Shown: positions 56,014-64,000 of the stretch, one piece after another
How positions within the stretch are numbered: position 1 is the first letter of the stretch
How the letters are laid out: each line of letters starts with the position of its first letter
Origin: an uncultured bacterium
Lineage (GTDB): Bacteria > Bacillota_I > Bacilli_A > RFN20 > CAG-826
Assembly: GCA_949292105.1 (NCBI GenBank)
Contig: CASEYK010000007.1
Coordinates: forward strand, 29,588 to 93,587
Length of the DNA: 64,000 nucleotides
Direction of reading: 5' to 3'
Program-made: the position numbers and the translations under genes
Notes under the pieces: generated by a model
What the model was told of the DNA's origin: nothing
The model's input: only the letters and a program-made list of their open reading frames with translations
Databases searched by the model: none

Positions 56014-56965
56014 AAACATGAGTAAAAAAGATTGGTTCAATTTTTTCATGAAACATTTCTTGGTTTTAATTGGAACTGCACTAGTAGCTTTTGCTTCAAC
56101 TATTTTTTTCACAGAGTTAAATATTGTTGCTGGTGGATTGTATGGCGTTGGTCTTATTGTTCAATACTTTGTTGCTCTTGCTAATCCAAACTTCCAATCA
56201 ATTGATATCGTTGTATTAATTCTCACTTGGCTGTTATGGCTAGTCGGCTTAATTTTTGTCGGTAAAAGTTTTGCCCTCAAGACATTGTTATCATCAATTG
56301 TTTATCCCCTTTTTGTTTCTCTATTCTTGCGTGTTCAATATTTTACTGAACTATCAGAATTAGTTGCTGGTACTTTGAATGGCGGAATTCCAACTGTTGG
56401 CAATATTATGCTATGTGGAGTTTTTGGTGGTGTTTTAACTGGTAGTGGTGTCGCTTTAACTTTCCTCGGTGGAGGATCAAGCGGTGGAGTGGATGTCATA
56501 TGTTTCGTTGTTGAGAAATATCTTCACATCAAGCAGTCAATTACTTCTTTTGTAGTTGATGCGACTATCATTGTTCTCGGTATGACTTTAATTCGCGATA
56601 ATTTTATCAGTGGTTTATGCGGTATCATCTCAGCATTTATATGCGCCGCAATGATTGAATATATCTATATTGGTAGTCAAACATCTTATCAAGTCGATAT
56701 TATTTCAGATAAATGGGAAGAAATATCAAAATATGCTCAAGATGAGCTTCAGCGAGGCGCGACTATTATTCCTGCTAAAGGTGGTTATCAACAAGAAGAC
56801 CGCGTTATTCTTCGTATTGTTTTTCATAAGTCACAATTTCAAAAGATTAAAAATTTTATTGCCAAAACTGATCCAAAAGCATTTGTTACTTATACCCAAA
56901 CAAACGCTGTTTTTGGTGAAGGATTTAAAAAAGTGCATATCGTTAAAAAAGAAAAAAAGAAATAG
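55997..56965 (+). CDS. YitT-family membrane protein with a C-terminal DUF2179 domain
   Basis: AAGGAGG at 55981-55987 precedes ATG 55997. About 5 TM helices, then a soluble domain (...[23 protein letters not shown]...). Overlaps the prfB 3' end by 17 nt. Confidence 0.8.
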   Translation: MWTKIKNMSKKDWFNFFMKHFLVLIGTALVAFASTIFFTELNIVAGGLYGVGLIVQYFVALANPNFQSIDIVVLILTWLLWLVGLIFVGKSFALKTLLSSIVYPLFVSLFLRVQYFTELSELVAGTLNGGIPTVGNIMLCGVFGGVLTGSGVALTFLGGGSSGGVDVICFVVEKYLHIKQSITSFVVDATIIVLGMTLIRDNFISGLCGIISAFICAAMIEYIYIGSQTSYQVDIISDKWEEISKYAQDELQRGATIIPAKGGYQQEDRVILRIVFHKSQFQKIKNFIAKTDPKAFVTYTQTNAVFGEGFKKVHIVKKEKKK

Positions 56966-56980
56966 GTTTTGCAAGTTTTT

Positions 56981-58969
56981 ATGGACACAAATGAGCATTT
57001 ATTTAAGATTATTTCGCCATTTAAACCAACCGGTGATCAGCCTCAAGCAATTGACAAATTAGTCGATGGTCTGTATCAAGGTAAGCGCTTGCAAATATTA
57101 TTAGGCGCAACCGGCACTGGTAAAACTTTTACGATGGCTAATATTATCGAAAGAGTACAAAAACCTGCGTTAGTCCTCGTCCATAACAAAACTTTAGCGG
57201 GTCAACTTTATTCTGAATTTAAAGAACTTTTTCCTCATAATCGAGTTGAATATTTTGTATCTAATTTTGATTTTTATCAACCAGAGGCTTATCTCCCTAA
57301 AACTGATACATATATTGATAAATCTGTCGTTATGAATGAAGAGATTGAGATGCTCCGCACCAGTGCCATTAATTCAGTGTTAGAGAGAAAAGATACTATT
57401 ATTGTTGCGTCGGTTGCTTCTATCTATGGTTTAACTGATCCTGATGAATACCGCAATCTTGTCTTTGAAGTTCGAGTGGGAGAGCAAATAGATCGCAAAG
57501 CATTTTTAAATAAACTTGTTGATGCCCAATATCATCGCAACAATTTAGATTTATCTCCTGGCAGTTTCCGTACTCAAGGCGATGTTGTAGAAATCGTTCC
57601 AATGAACGCTTATAAAAATGTTATTGTTCGCATTGAATTTTTTGATGAAGAAGTGGAACGCATTTGTGAAGTTGATATGCTTTCTAAAGAAGTAAAACAT
57701 ACTTTTCAAACCTACCCCATTTTTCCAGCATATGATCATGCTTCGACGAGACTCCGCATTCAACAAGCTTGTGAGAGTATTAAAAAAGAACTTGATGAAC
57801 GACTTTCATATTTTAAAAGTGAAGAAAAATATTTGGAAGCCGAAAGGTTGTCACAAAGAACTAACTACGACATAGAGAGCATGCTTGAATTTGGTATGTG
57901 TCCTGGAATTGAAAACTATTCTCGCCACATCGATAAAAGAAAACCAGGCGAAAGACCATTTTGCCTTTTCGATTATTTCCCTAAAGATTTTCTTTTGTTC
58001 ATTGACGAGAGCCATGTCAGCATTCCACAAGTGCGAGGAATGTATAATGGCGATCGTTCGCGCAAAGAAACACTAGTTGAATATGGCTTTCGCCTTCCAT
58101 CCGCTTTAGATAATCGACCTTTGAATTTTGATGAGTTCGTGAAATTGATGCCTCAAACTATTTGTACATCTGCCACACCAGCAAAATATGAAATGGAAAA
58201 TACCGATAGCCCGATTGTTGAACAAATCATTCGTCCAACTGGTCTACTCGATCCAAAAGTAGAAGTACGAAAAACTAAAGGACAAATTGAAGATATCATT
58301 TACGAGATTAAAAAAAGGGTAGAAAGAAACGAAAAAGTTATCATTGTTACTCTTACTGTCCGCATGGCGGAAGATTTAACATCTTATCTCAAGGAAAGAG
58401 GAATAAAAGTTGTTTATCTTCACCACGAAACCAAAACATTGGAAAGAAGTGAAATTATTTATCAGTTGCGAAAGGGAAAATATGATGTTTTAGTAGGTAT
58501 CAATCTTTTAAGAGAAGGACTCGATATTCCTGAAGCATCTTTAATGGTTATTCTCGATGCTGATAAAGAAGGTTTTTTGCGAAGTTCTTCATCACTAATT
58601 CAAGTTATTGGCCGAGTGGCGAGAAACGCTAACGGACAAGTAATTATGTATGCTGACCACATCACTGATTCGATGAAAACAGCTATCGATGAAACAAATC
58701 GCCGCCGCGCCATTCAAAATGCTTATAACGAAGAAAACGGCATTGTTCCAAGAACTATTGTCAAGCCCATTACTCCGCCTATCCACAATGCCGATAACGA
58801 TATTGGTAAGGCAAAAGATGTATCAAAGCATGGATCAATGAGTGAAATTAAAGCTTATATCAAAGATTTAGAGAAGCAGATGAAAGAAGCCGCTAAAAAC
58901 TTTGATTTTGAAAGAGCCGCGGATCTTCGGGATATGATTATTGAGTTAAGAGATAAACTGAATAATTAA
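56981..58969 (+). CDS. uvrB: Excinuclease ABC subunit B
   Basis: PTGDQPQAI, GATGTGKTF, DESH and the C-terminal UVR domain (FERAADLRD). I prefer ATG 56981 to TTG 56969. Confidence 0.95.
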   Translation: MDTNEHLFKIISPFKPTGDQPQAIDKLVDGLYQGKRLQILLGATGTGKTFTMANIIERVQKPALVLVHNKTLAGQLYSEFKELFPHNRVEYFVSNFDFYQPEAYLPKTDTYIDKSVVMNEEIEMLRTSAINSVLERKDTIIVASVASIYGLTDPDEYRNLVFEVRVGEQIDRKAFLNKLVDAQYHRNNLDLSPGSFRTQGDVVEIVPMNAYKNVIVRIEFFDEEVERICEVDMLSKEVKHTFQTYPIFPAYDHASTRLRIQQACESIKKELDERLSYFKSEEKYLEAERLSQRTNYDIESMLEFGMCPGIENYSRHIDKRKPGERPFCLFDYFPKDFLLFIDESHVSIPQVRGMYNGDRSRKETLVEYGFRLPSALDNRPLNFDEFVKLMPQTICTSATPAKYEMENTDSPIVEQIIRPTGLLDPKVEVRKTKGQIEDIIYEIKKRVERNEKVIIVTLTVRMAEDLTSYLKERGIKVVYLHHETKTLERSEIIYQLRKGKYDVLVGINLLREGLDIPEASLMVILDADKEGFLRSSSSLIQVIGRVARNANGQVIMYADHITDSMKTAIDETNRRRAIQNAYNEENGIVPRTIVKPITPPIHNADNDIGKAKDVSKHGSMSEIKAYIKDLEKQMKEAAKNFDFERAADLRDMIIELRDKLNN

Positions 58970-59036
58970 AAATTATTTGCTTTATATCGAAAACTTAATA
59001 TATTATAAATAAGCAACTTAGAAAGAGGTAAAGTAG

Positions 59037-59270
59037 ATGCTTCAGTGGTACGATTGGATATTCTTGGCTATTGCTATCATCATCATTGTTTTATGTTTGC
59101 TTCAAGGCGGTAAATCAGAAGGTGCTTCTGGTGCTATTACCGGCGGTGGACTTAATGTTTTCGTTAAGACAAAAGAAAGAGGCTCGGAAAAGGTTATCTC
59201 AATTCTTACACTCTGCGTAGCTATTGCTTTCTTCCTTGTTGCCATTCTAATCAATGTTGTTCCAAATTAA
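59037..59270 (+). CDS. secG: Preprotein translocase subunit SecG
   Basis: 77 aa with two TM helices joined by a Gly-rich loop (GGKSEGASGAITGGG). GAAAGAGG RBS. Confidence 0.8.
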   Translation: MLQWYDWIFLAIAIIIIVLCLLQGGKSEGASGAITGGGLNVFVKTKERGSEKVISILTLCVAIAFFLVAILINVVPN

Positions 59271-59295
59271 AAATTGATAAAAGTTAATAAAATGA

Positions 59296-59327
59296 AAAAG
59301 ACTTCCAAATGCTAGGAAGTCTTTTTT
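59296..59327. terminator. Bidirectional rho-independent terminator between secG and the convergent membrane-protein gene
   Basis: AAAAGACTTCC - AAATGCTA - GGAAGTCTTTT with a trailing T-run. Confidence 0.8.
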
Positions 59328-59344
59328 CATCTTTGTTGCAGAGT

Positions 59345-59899
59345 TTATCTTTTTCTTCTAGAAATAGCCATTGCCCCATAGACGATTTGCACAATACCAT
59401 AAACGGCAATTAGCGCGCCTAAACAGTAGTATACAATGTCAACAATTTCACTCTTGTAAACAAGAGCTAAAATGCCGAGCGTAATCGCCACTGCGGCAAA
59501 GACGAAAAATAAAACGATGAACAAAACAGGTGCTTTATAGACACAGAGTAAAATAGCTTTTACCAAGCCGACGACACCAACTGCGATTAAAAGTGTTCCT
59601 AAAAAGACAGGTACACCTTGTTGGATGATGGAAGTGCCGCTGACCAAAAAGACAACCCCGAGAGCTATGAGCAATGCTCCATAAACATACGATGGGCTAA
59701 AATAACTTCTAACGGTCAAAAGTGCAACCAAAAGAATCAAAGCCCCAATGGCAAAGAGCAAAACAGCTACCATAATACTAACGGCTTTGTTAATATCACC
59801 GCCAACTGCTTGTACAACAATCACGACGATGCCAGCGATTAACAACAAAATGCCGATGATAATCTGGAGCCATTTGTTTCTCATGTTTAGATCTTTCAT
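59345..59899 (-). CDS. Small polytopic membrane protein (DUF308/HdeD-like repeats)
   Basis: About 184 aa with six hydrophobic helices and repeated G-x-L-L-(I/L)-x-G-(I/V) patterns. AAGGAG RBS before ATG 59899. Confidence 0.5.
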   Translation of the reverse strand: MKDLNMRNKWLQIIIGILLLIAGIVVIVVQAVGGDINKAVSIMVAVLLFAIGALILLVALLTVRSYFSPSYVYGALLIALGVVFLVSGTSIIQQGVPVFLGTLLIAVGVVGLVKAILLCVYKAPVLFIVLFFVFAAVAITLGILALVYKSEIVDIVYYCLGALIAVYGIVQIVYGAMAISRRKR

Positions 59900-59946
59900 A
59901 CAAAATCTCCTTCTTTTTTTAGTATACAACTAATTACAAAACGAAA

Positions 59947-60246
59947 TTAAGATATATTCACATCAATAAGTGAAAAAATGTCTAAAACTTCGCTATTTCC
60001 CAACTTAATTTTGTGGTTTTCTTTGTCAACTTTAACAATCGATGAATAAATATATCTAGTTTCACCATTTTGAAAAACGACAATTTCGTACACATCATCA
60101 GTGAGGTGAGATAAAAAATAATTGATCTTATCTTTTTGTTCGTCGAGTAGAAGTGGCTTTTCTCTTTGAATTTGTGTTTTCTGTGAGAAGTGCTGCTCAT
60201 TCAAAGATTTAAAAGGTGCCCATTTTTTCATCCCTCTCTCGCTCAT
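59947..60246 (-). CDS. YolD-like protein (accessory to Y-family polymerase)
   Basis: 99 aa with N-terminal RGMKKWAPFKSL. ATGA overlap with the upstream polymerase gene, as in Bacillus uvrX-yolD-type pairs. Confidence 0.65.
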   Translation of the reverse strand: MSERGMKKWAPFKSLNEQHFSQKTQIQREKPLLLDEQKDKINYFLSHLTDDVYEIVVFQNGETRYIYSSIVKVDKENHKIKLGNSEVLDIFSLIDVNIS

Positions 60247-61487
60247 CGATGGTGCCCTCCAATCTGATTATGCCTCTCGATTACTGTTGAATATTCAAGT
60301 AAAGCAGAAAGTTTTAATAAAGAATTTTCACCATACTTTTGGCGGATATGAAAAATAGTGGAATACAATTGCTTCTTTTTTCTTTTCTCCTCAATCGGTA
60401 CAAAGAGTTCTAGTTGTTCAATATTTATATTGTCACTAAGACAAGAAAACGAAATAGATACTCTTCTAATCGGTTTTGAACTGGCAAGCGTGTCAAAAAG
60501 ATATAAGACATTGCTAGCTATCTCTTCTAAATCATCGCTAGCGAATGGTAGAGATAATTGTTTTGCTTTACTGCCCGACTTATCAAAGCCGAGATAAAGA
60601 TGAACACACTTTGTTTTTTTACATTCACCAAATAATCGATAAAACAAATCTTCGCACATTTCTTTAACGATGAGCCGACACTGCGACACTGAATATGCTT
60701 TTGGCAAGACTTGTCCAATTCCAATTGAAGTATTTGAGGGAATATATGGTTCAGTTAAATCTGAATTATCAACACCGTTAGCGTGCCAATATAGTTGTTC
60801 GCCGATTATGCCAAAACAAGATGTTAAAATATCTTTTGGCGTATTTGCCAAATCCTTAAGAGAATATATATTCATAAGATTCAATCTTGTTTCCGTCCTT
60901 TGACCAATCCCCCATACATTATGAAGAGGAGAAATAGTCCATAATTTTGTCTTTATTTCATCTTTAGAAATTGAAGCGATGCCATCTGGACTTTTTTTGG
61001 CGTATACATCCAAAGCAACTTTACTTAAAAACATATTGTCACCAATCCCAGCGGTTGCTGTTAATCCGGTCTCATTTTTAATTTGATTCAATATTTTTGT
61101 CACCAATTCATAAGCACTTAATTTGTAGTACTCGAGATAAGATGTCAAGTCGATAAATGCCTCATCAATAGAATAAATGTGAATATCTTTTTCGCTGACG
61201 AATTGAAGAAAAATAGAAATAATTTCGTTAGATCGTTGAATGTATCTTTCCATTCTTGGTTTGGCAAAAATGTATCGATGATTTTTTGGTAGCTCATTAA
61301 CTCTTAATCTCGAGGGTATGCCTTGTTCTTTTAAAAATGGAGAGACAGACAAAACGATAGTGTGTTCACCTCTTTCTACATCGGCGACGACGAGCGGAAC
61401 AGAAAAAGGATCCAGCCCTCGATCAATACATTCCACGCTGGCATAAAAAGCTTTTAAATCGATGACAACAATCGCTCTAGTTTTCAT
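60243..61487 (-). CDS. Y-family (UvrX/ImpB/DinB-like) translesion DNA polymerase
   Basis: N-terminal IVVIDLKAFYASVE catalytic block, SIDEAFIDLT and the HhH region WGIGQRT. Confidence 0.9.
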   Translation of the reverse strand: MKTRAIVVIDLKAFYASVECIDRGLDPFSVPLVVADVERGEHTIVLSVSPFLKEQGIPSRLRVNELPKNHRYIFAKPRMERYIQRSNEIISIFLQFVSEKDIHIYSIDEAFIDLTSYLEYYKLSAYELVTKILNQIKNETGLTATAGIGDNMFLSKVALDVYAKKSPDGIASISKDEIKTKLWTISPLHNVWGIGQRTETRLNLMNIYSLKDLANTPKDILTSCFGIIGEQLYWHANGVDNSDLTEPYIPSNTSIGIGQVLPKAYSVSQCRLIVKEMCEDLFYRLFGECKKTKCVHLYLGFDKSGSKAKQLSLPFASDDLEEIASNVLYLFDTLASSKPIRRVSISFSCLSDNINIEQLELFVPIEEKRKKKQLYSTIFHIRQKYGENSLLKLSALLEYSTVIERHNQIGGHHR

Positions 61488-61574
61488 ATTGTAGTCACAT
61501 TATATTAAAGATAATCGGTGATTATCAGTCTTGACATCTTTCCCTTTTTATCAGTGAAAATATCGCTAAAAATA

Positions 61575-61583
61575 TGGTATGAT
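61575..61583 (+). promoter_or_regulatory. Extended -10 element upstream of rmuC
   Basis: TGgTATGAT at 61575-61583. GGAGG RBS at 61599-61603. Confidence 0.4.
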
Positions 61584-61610
61584 AATTACATCTTTGCTGG
61601 AGGTTAACAT

Positions 61611-62855
61611 ATGGAACTTGCCATTTTAATTGTGTCTAGTCTTTCCCTTGTTGCGTTTGTTGTTCTGATTGTTCTTTTGTCAGTTAAAAAAGACAAAAAA
61701 GAAAATAATGAAATGTCGACTGAAAATTTAAAACAACTTGCCGTTTTAGAAACAAAATTATCGCAAATTAATGACAGTGTCAAAAATGATATTGAAATGT
61801 CCATGAGCAAGCAGATGAAAGAGTTGCTTGCCGAGAACAATAAAAACAGCGAAACAAATAACGCCAAGCTAGAAAGATTCCAAAATAATATTCAAGAATC
61901 TTTAAATAAGCGATTCGATGCTCTTAATTTGCAAATGGATAACAAGCTCAAAGATATCAATAAAAAAGTGGATGAAAGACTTGAACAAGGTTTTAAAAAC
62001 ACGACCGAAACGATGGCCCAAGTGCGAGAGAGATTGCAAGCTATCGACGACGCACAAAAAAATATTGAAAATCTTTCCAAAGATGTTGTCTCGCTTAAGA
62101 GCGTATTAGAAGGCAATCAAACTAGAGGACAGTATGGAGAATTCCAGTTGGGTATGATCCTCAACAGCGTTTTTAATGGTGCCACTCATTGCTACGAAGA
62201 ACAATATACTCTAAAAAAAGGGCGAGACGGAAATGATGTCCGTGCGGATGCTGTAGTGTTTATGCCTGAACCAAATAAAATGATTTGTATCGATTCTAAA
62301 TTCCCATTTCAAGATTATCGCAAGATATTTGAGAGCGACAAAGATGAAGAAAAAAATCAATATCGCAAAGCTTTTAAAGAAGATGTCAAAAAGCACATTC
62401 GCGATATTAGCGATAAATACATTATTGATGGTATGACTGCTCCTGAAGCGATTATGTTTGTGCCTAACGATGGTGTCTTTGCTTATATTCATCAAGAATT
62501 TGAAGACATTATTGAATTAGCCCAGCAAAAAAGAGTTATTTTGACTTCTCCAAGCACACTTCGTCCTATTTTAGTAACTATTAATATGGTAAGAATTGAA
62601 GTACAAAGAAATAAACATATCAAAGAAATTTCTAATCAATTAGTCCGCCTTGGCAAAGATTTCCGTTTGTTCTCAGAAGAATGGAGCAAGTTGTCTAAGA
62701 GCATTGATACTATCGCTGAAAGAAATAATAAATTGGATAAGCGTGTCAATCGCATTAATTCACATTTTGAATCGATTAGCACTGCTGATGATTTAGATGC
62801 AATTGAGGCAAAAGAAGAAGTGGAGGGTGAATCCGATGGCGAACAAAATGAATAG
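61611..62855 (+). CDS. rmuC: DNA recombination protein RmuC (N-terminal TM helix, coiled coil, RmuC nuclease-like domain)
   Basis: 414 aa: a hydrophobic N-terminus, a long K/E/N/Q-rich coiled coil, then the GQYGEFQL...DAVVFMPEP...IDSKFP block. Confidence 0.9.
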   Translation: MELAILIVSSLSLVAFVVLIVLLSVKKDKKENNEMSTENLKQLAVLETKLSQINDSVKNDIEMSMSKQMKELLAENNKNSETNNAKLERFQNNIQESLNKRFDALNLQMDNKLKDINKKVDERLEQGFKNTTETMAQVRERLQAIDDAQKNIENLSKDVVSLKSVLEGNQTRGQYGEFQLGMILNSVFNGATHCYEEQYTLKKGRDGNDVRADAVVFMPEPNKMICIDSKFPFQDYRKIFESDKDEEKNQYRKAFKEDVKKHIRDISDKYIIDGMTAPEAIMFVPNDGVFAYIHQEFEDIIELAQQKRVILTSPSTLRPILVTINMVRIEVQRNKHIKEISNQLVRLGKDFRLFSEEWSKLSKSIDTIAERNNKLDKRVNRINSHFESISTADDLDAIEAKEEVEGESDGEQNE

Positions 62856-63975
62856 ATTAGATAACACAAACACAATTGTTAACTTATCTAATTCCATTTT
62901 AAAACATTTTGGAGTAACTCCTTTTCATAACACCATTCCAGCCATTGACAAGATTTTAGAAGGACATCCAAAAGTTGCAGTCATGCTCTTTGACGGATTA
63001 GGGACATATGTCATTGAAAAACATTTAGCGGAAAATTCTTTTATGCGAAGCCATTTTGTTCATAAAATTAACGCGACATATCCACCGACAACTGTGGCTT
63101 CAACAACTGGTTTTTTAATTGCTAAATTTCCAAAAGAAAGCGGATGGATGGGCTGGTTCCAATATCATCCAGATTTAAAAACAAATGTTCAATCTTTTAC
63201 AAATAAGAGAGAGAGCGATGGAGTGATGCTCGCTCCAAAACAAGACAATTTGTTGTTTAAATTTTGTCCATACCAAACCATTTTTGAATTGATTAGTAGC
63301 CGCGGTATTCCAACCTTTGATGTAAAATGTTTTCCAGTTTATGAAAATGGTCCAACTAGTTTAGAACAAGCAAATGAAATAATTGGTCAAAAACTTGATA
63401 GTGTAGAATCTTGTTTTCTATATTTTTATTGGAATCGCCCGGATGAAGAAATTCATGAATTTGGTGTTGAAAGCGAGCAAGTTCATGAATGTATTAAAGA
63501 AATTAATGCTTTTGTTGAAAAGGTGACCAAAGAGCATCCAGACACATTGTTTTTAACCATCGCCGATCATGCTTTAATCGATGTTAAATTTTTTGATATA
63601 TGTGACCATGAAGATTTATATTCTTTACTAACTCGCCCCCTATCGATTGAGGCTAGAACTGTGTCAATGTGTGTTGATGAAAAAAACAAAAAGAGGTTTG
63701 AAGAACTGTTTGATCGATATTATGGTCAATACTTTCTCCTTCTAACTCGACAAGAAACACTTGATTACGATTTGTTTGGAGCGGGCGAGAAAAATCCTTA
63801 TTACGATGTATTTGTCGGCGACTACGTCGCTTTAAGTATTAGTAATTACTGCCTTTTTGCTTCGAAGGAATACGCCGATGGTCAGCATCATAACTTTATA
63901 GGCGCACACGCAGGATTTAAGAAGGAAGAAACTGAAATTAATATAAGCGCTTATAACATTGAAAAAGAAAAATAA
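62836..63975 (+). CDS. Alkaline-phosphatase-superfamily protein (nucleotide pyrophosphatase/phosphodiesterase- or PglZ-like)
   Basis: Metal-site-like VAVMLFDGLG, nucleophile region TYPPTTVASTTGFL and TIADHA. GGAGGGTG RBS before ATG 62836. 20-nt overlap with rmuC. Confidence 0.7.
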   Translation: MANKMNRLDNTNTIVNLSNSILKHFGVTPFHNTIPAIDKILEGHPKVAVMLFDGLGTYVIEKHLAENSFMRSHFVHKINATYPPTTVASTTGFLIAKFPKESGWMGWFQYHPDLKTNVQSFTNKRESDGVMLAPKQDNLLFKFCPYQTIFELISSRGIPTFDVKCFPVYENGPTSLEQANEIIGQKLDSVESCFLYFYWNRPDEEIHEFGVESEQVHECIKEINAFVEKVTKEHPDTLFLTIADHALIDVKFFDICDHEDLYSLLTRPLSIEARTVSMCVDEKNKKRFEELFDRYYGQYFLLLTRQETLDYDLFGAGEKNPYYDVFVGDYVALSISNYCLFASKEYADGQHHNFIGAHAGFKKEETEINISAYNIEKEK

Positions 63976-64000
63976 AACACATCAACTAATTGCATTTATT

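Noticed and set aside
61488-61610. LexA/Cheo box (GAAC-N4-GTTC) upstream of the Y-family polymerase
   Set aside because: No such motif is present on either strand of the intergenic region.
1-64000. Search for rRNA, tRNA, CRISPR arrays, transposases, integrases or long repeats
   Set aside because: The intergenic space is too small (the largest gaps are about 175 nt at 4093-4267 and 35674-35846). No tRNA-like T-arm or acceptor pattern, no spaced direct repeats and no IS or phage-type ORFs were seen. A by-eye scan cannot exclude short ncRNAs.
1-64000. Possibility of genetic code 4 (TGA = Trp), given the AT-rich, Mollicute-like look
   Set aside because: TGA terminates several well-defined genes in ATGA overlaps (for example 2635-2638 and 17202-17205). 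RF2 with its UGA-dependent frameshift is present. Trp is encoded by TGG throughout.

Overview
This is a clearly AT-rich bacterial chromosomal segment with Bacillota-type gene content and synteny. It uses the standard code: TGA is a stop (for example in ATGA start/stop overlaps), and an RF2 gene with the classic +1 frameshift is present, so it is not a code-4 Mycoplasma. Coding density is very high, and I found no rRNA, tRNA, CRISPR array, transposase or prophage genes.

Layout:
- 134-16454: an accessory glycan-utilisation locus. It has a lipoprotein GH16 glucanase, a GH94-like cytoplasmic enzyme, a full sugar ABC importer, a 1004-aa GLUG-repeat lipoprotein and a ROK regulator. It also has a surface metallophosphoesterase and a SIS plus PIG-L amino-sugar pair.
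- 16484-19863: rex-adhE.
- 19920-27335: an orphan beta-helix protein, then tightly packed glnA-glmS followed by four overlapping genes of unknown role (GrpB, RimK-like ATP-grasp, lipoprotein metallophosphoesterase, polytopic membrane protein).
- 27357-30535: a MacB/FtsX-type ABC exporter.
- 30541-33774: a pseudouridine synthase, then a DUF1538-like internally duplicated membrane protein with two tandem PII-like proteins.
- 33844-63975: housekeeping genes (typA, yfhO-like, rsmI-ricT-holB-tmk-recR-ybaB-dnaX, prfA-prmC-tsaC-rpiB, ArsR/P1B-ATPase, comFA-comFC, secA-prfB, yitT-like, uvrB, secG). These are followed by a YolD/Y-family polymerase cassette, and rmuC overlapping an alkaline-phosphatase-superfamily gene.

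The best candidates for undescribed biology are the DUF1538/PII/PII module, the GrpB/ATP-grasp/phosphoesterase/membrane quartet fused to glnA-glmS, and the unusual composition of the glycan locus. All family assignments come from motifs read by eye. No database search was run.
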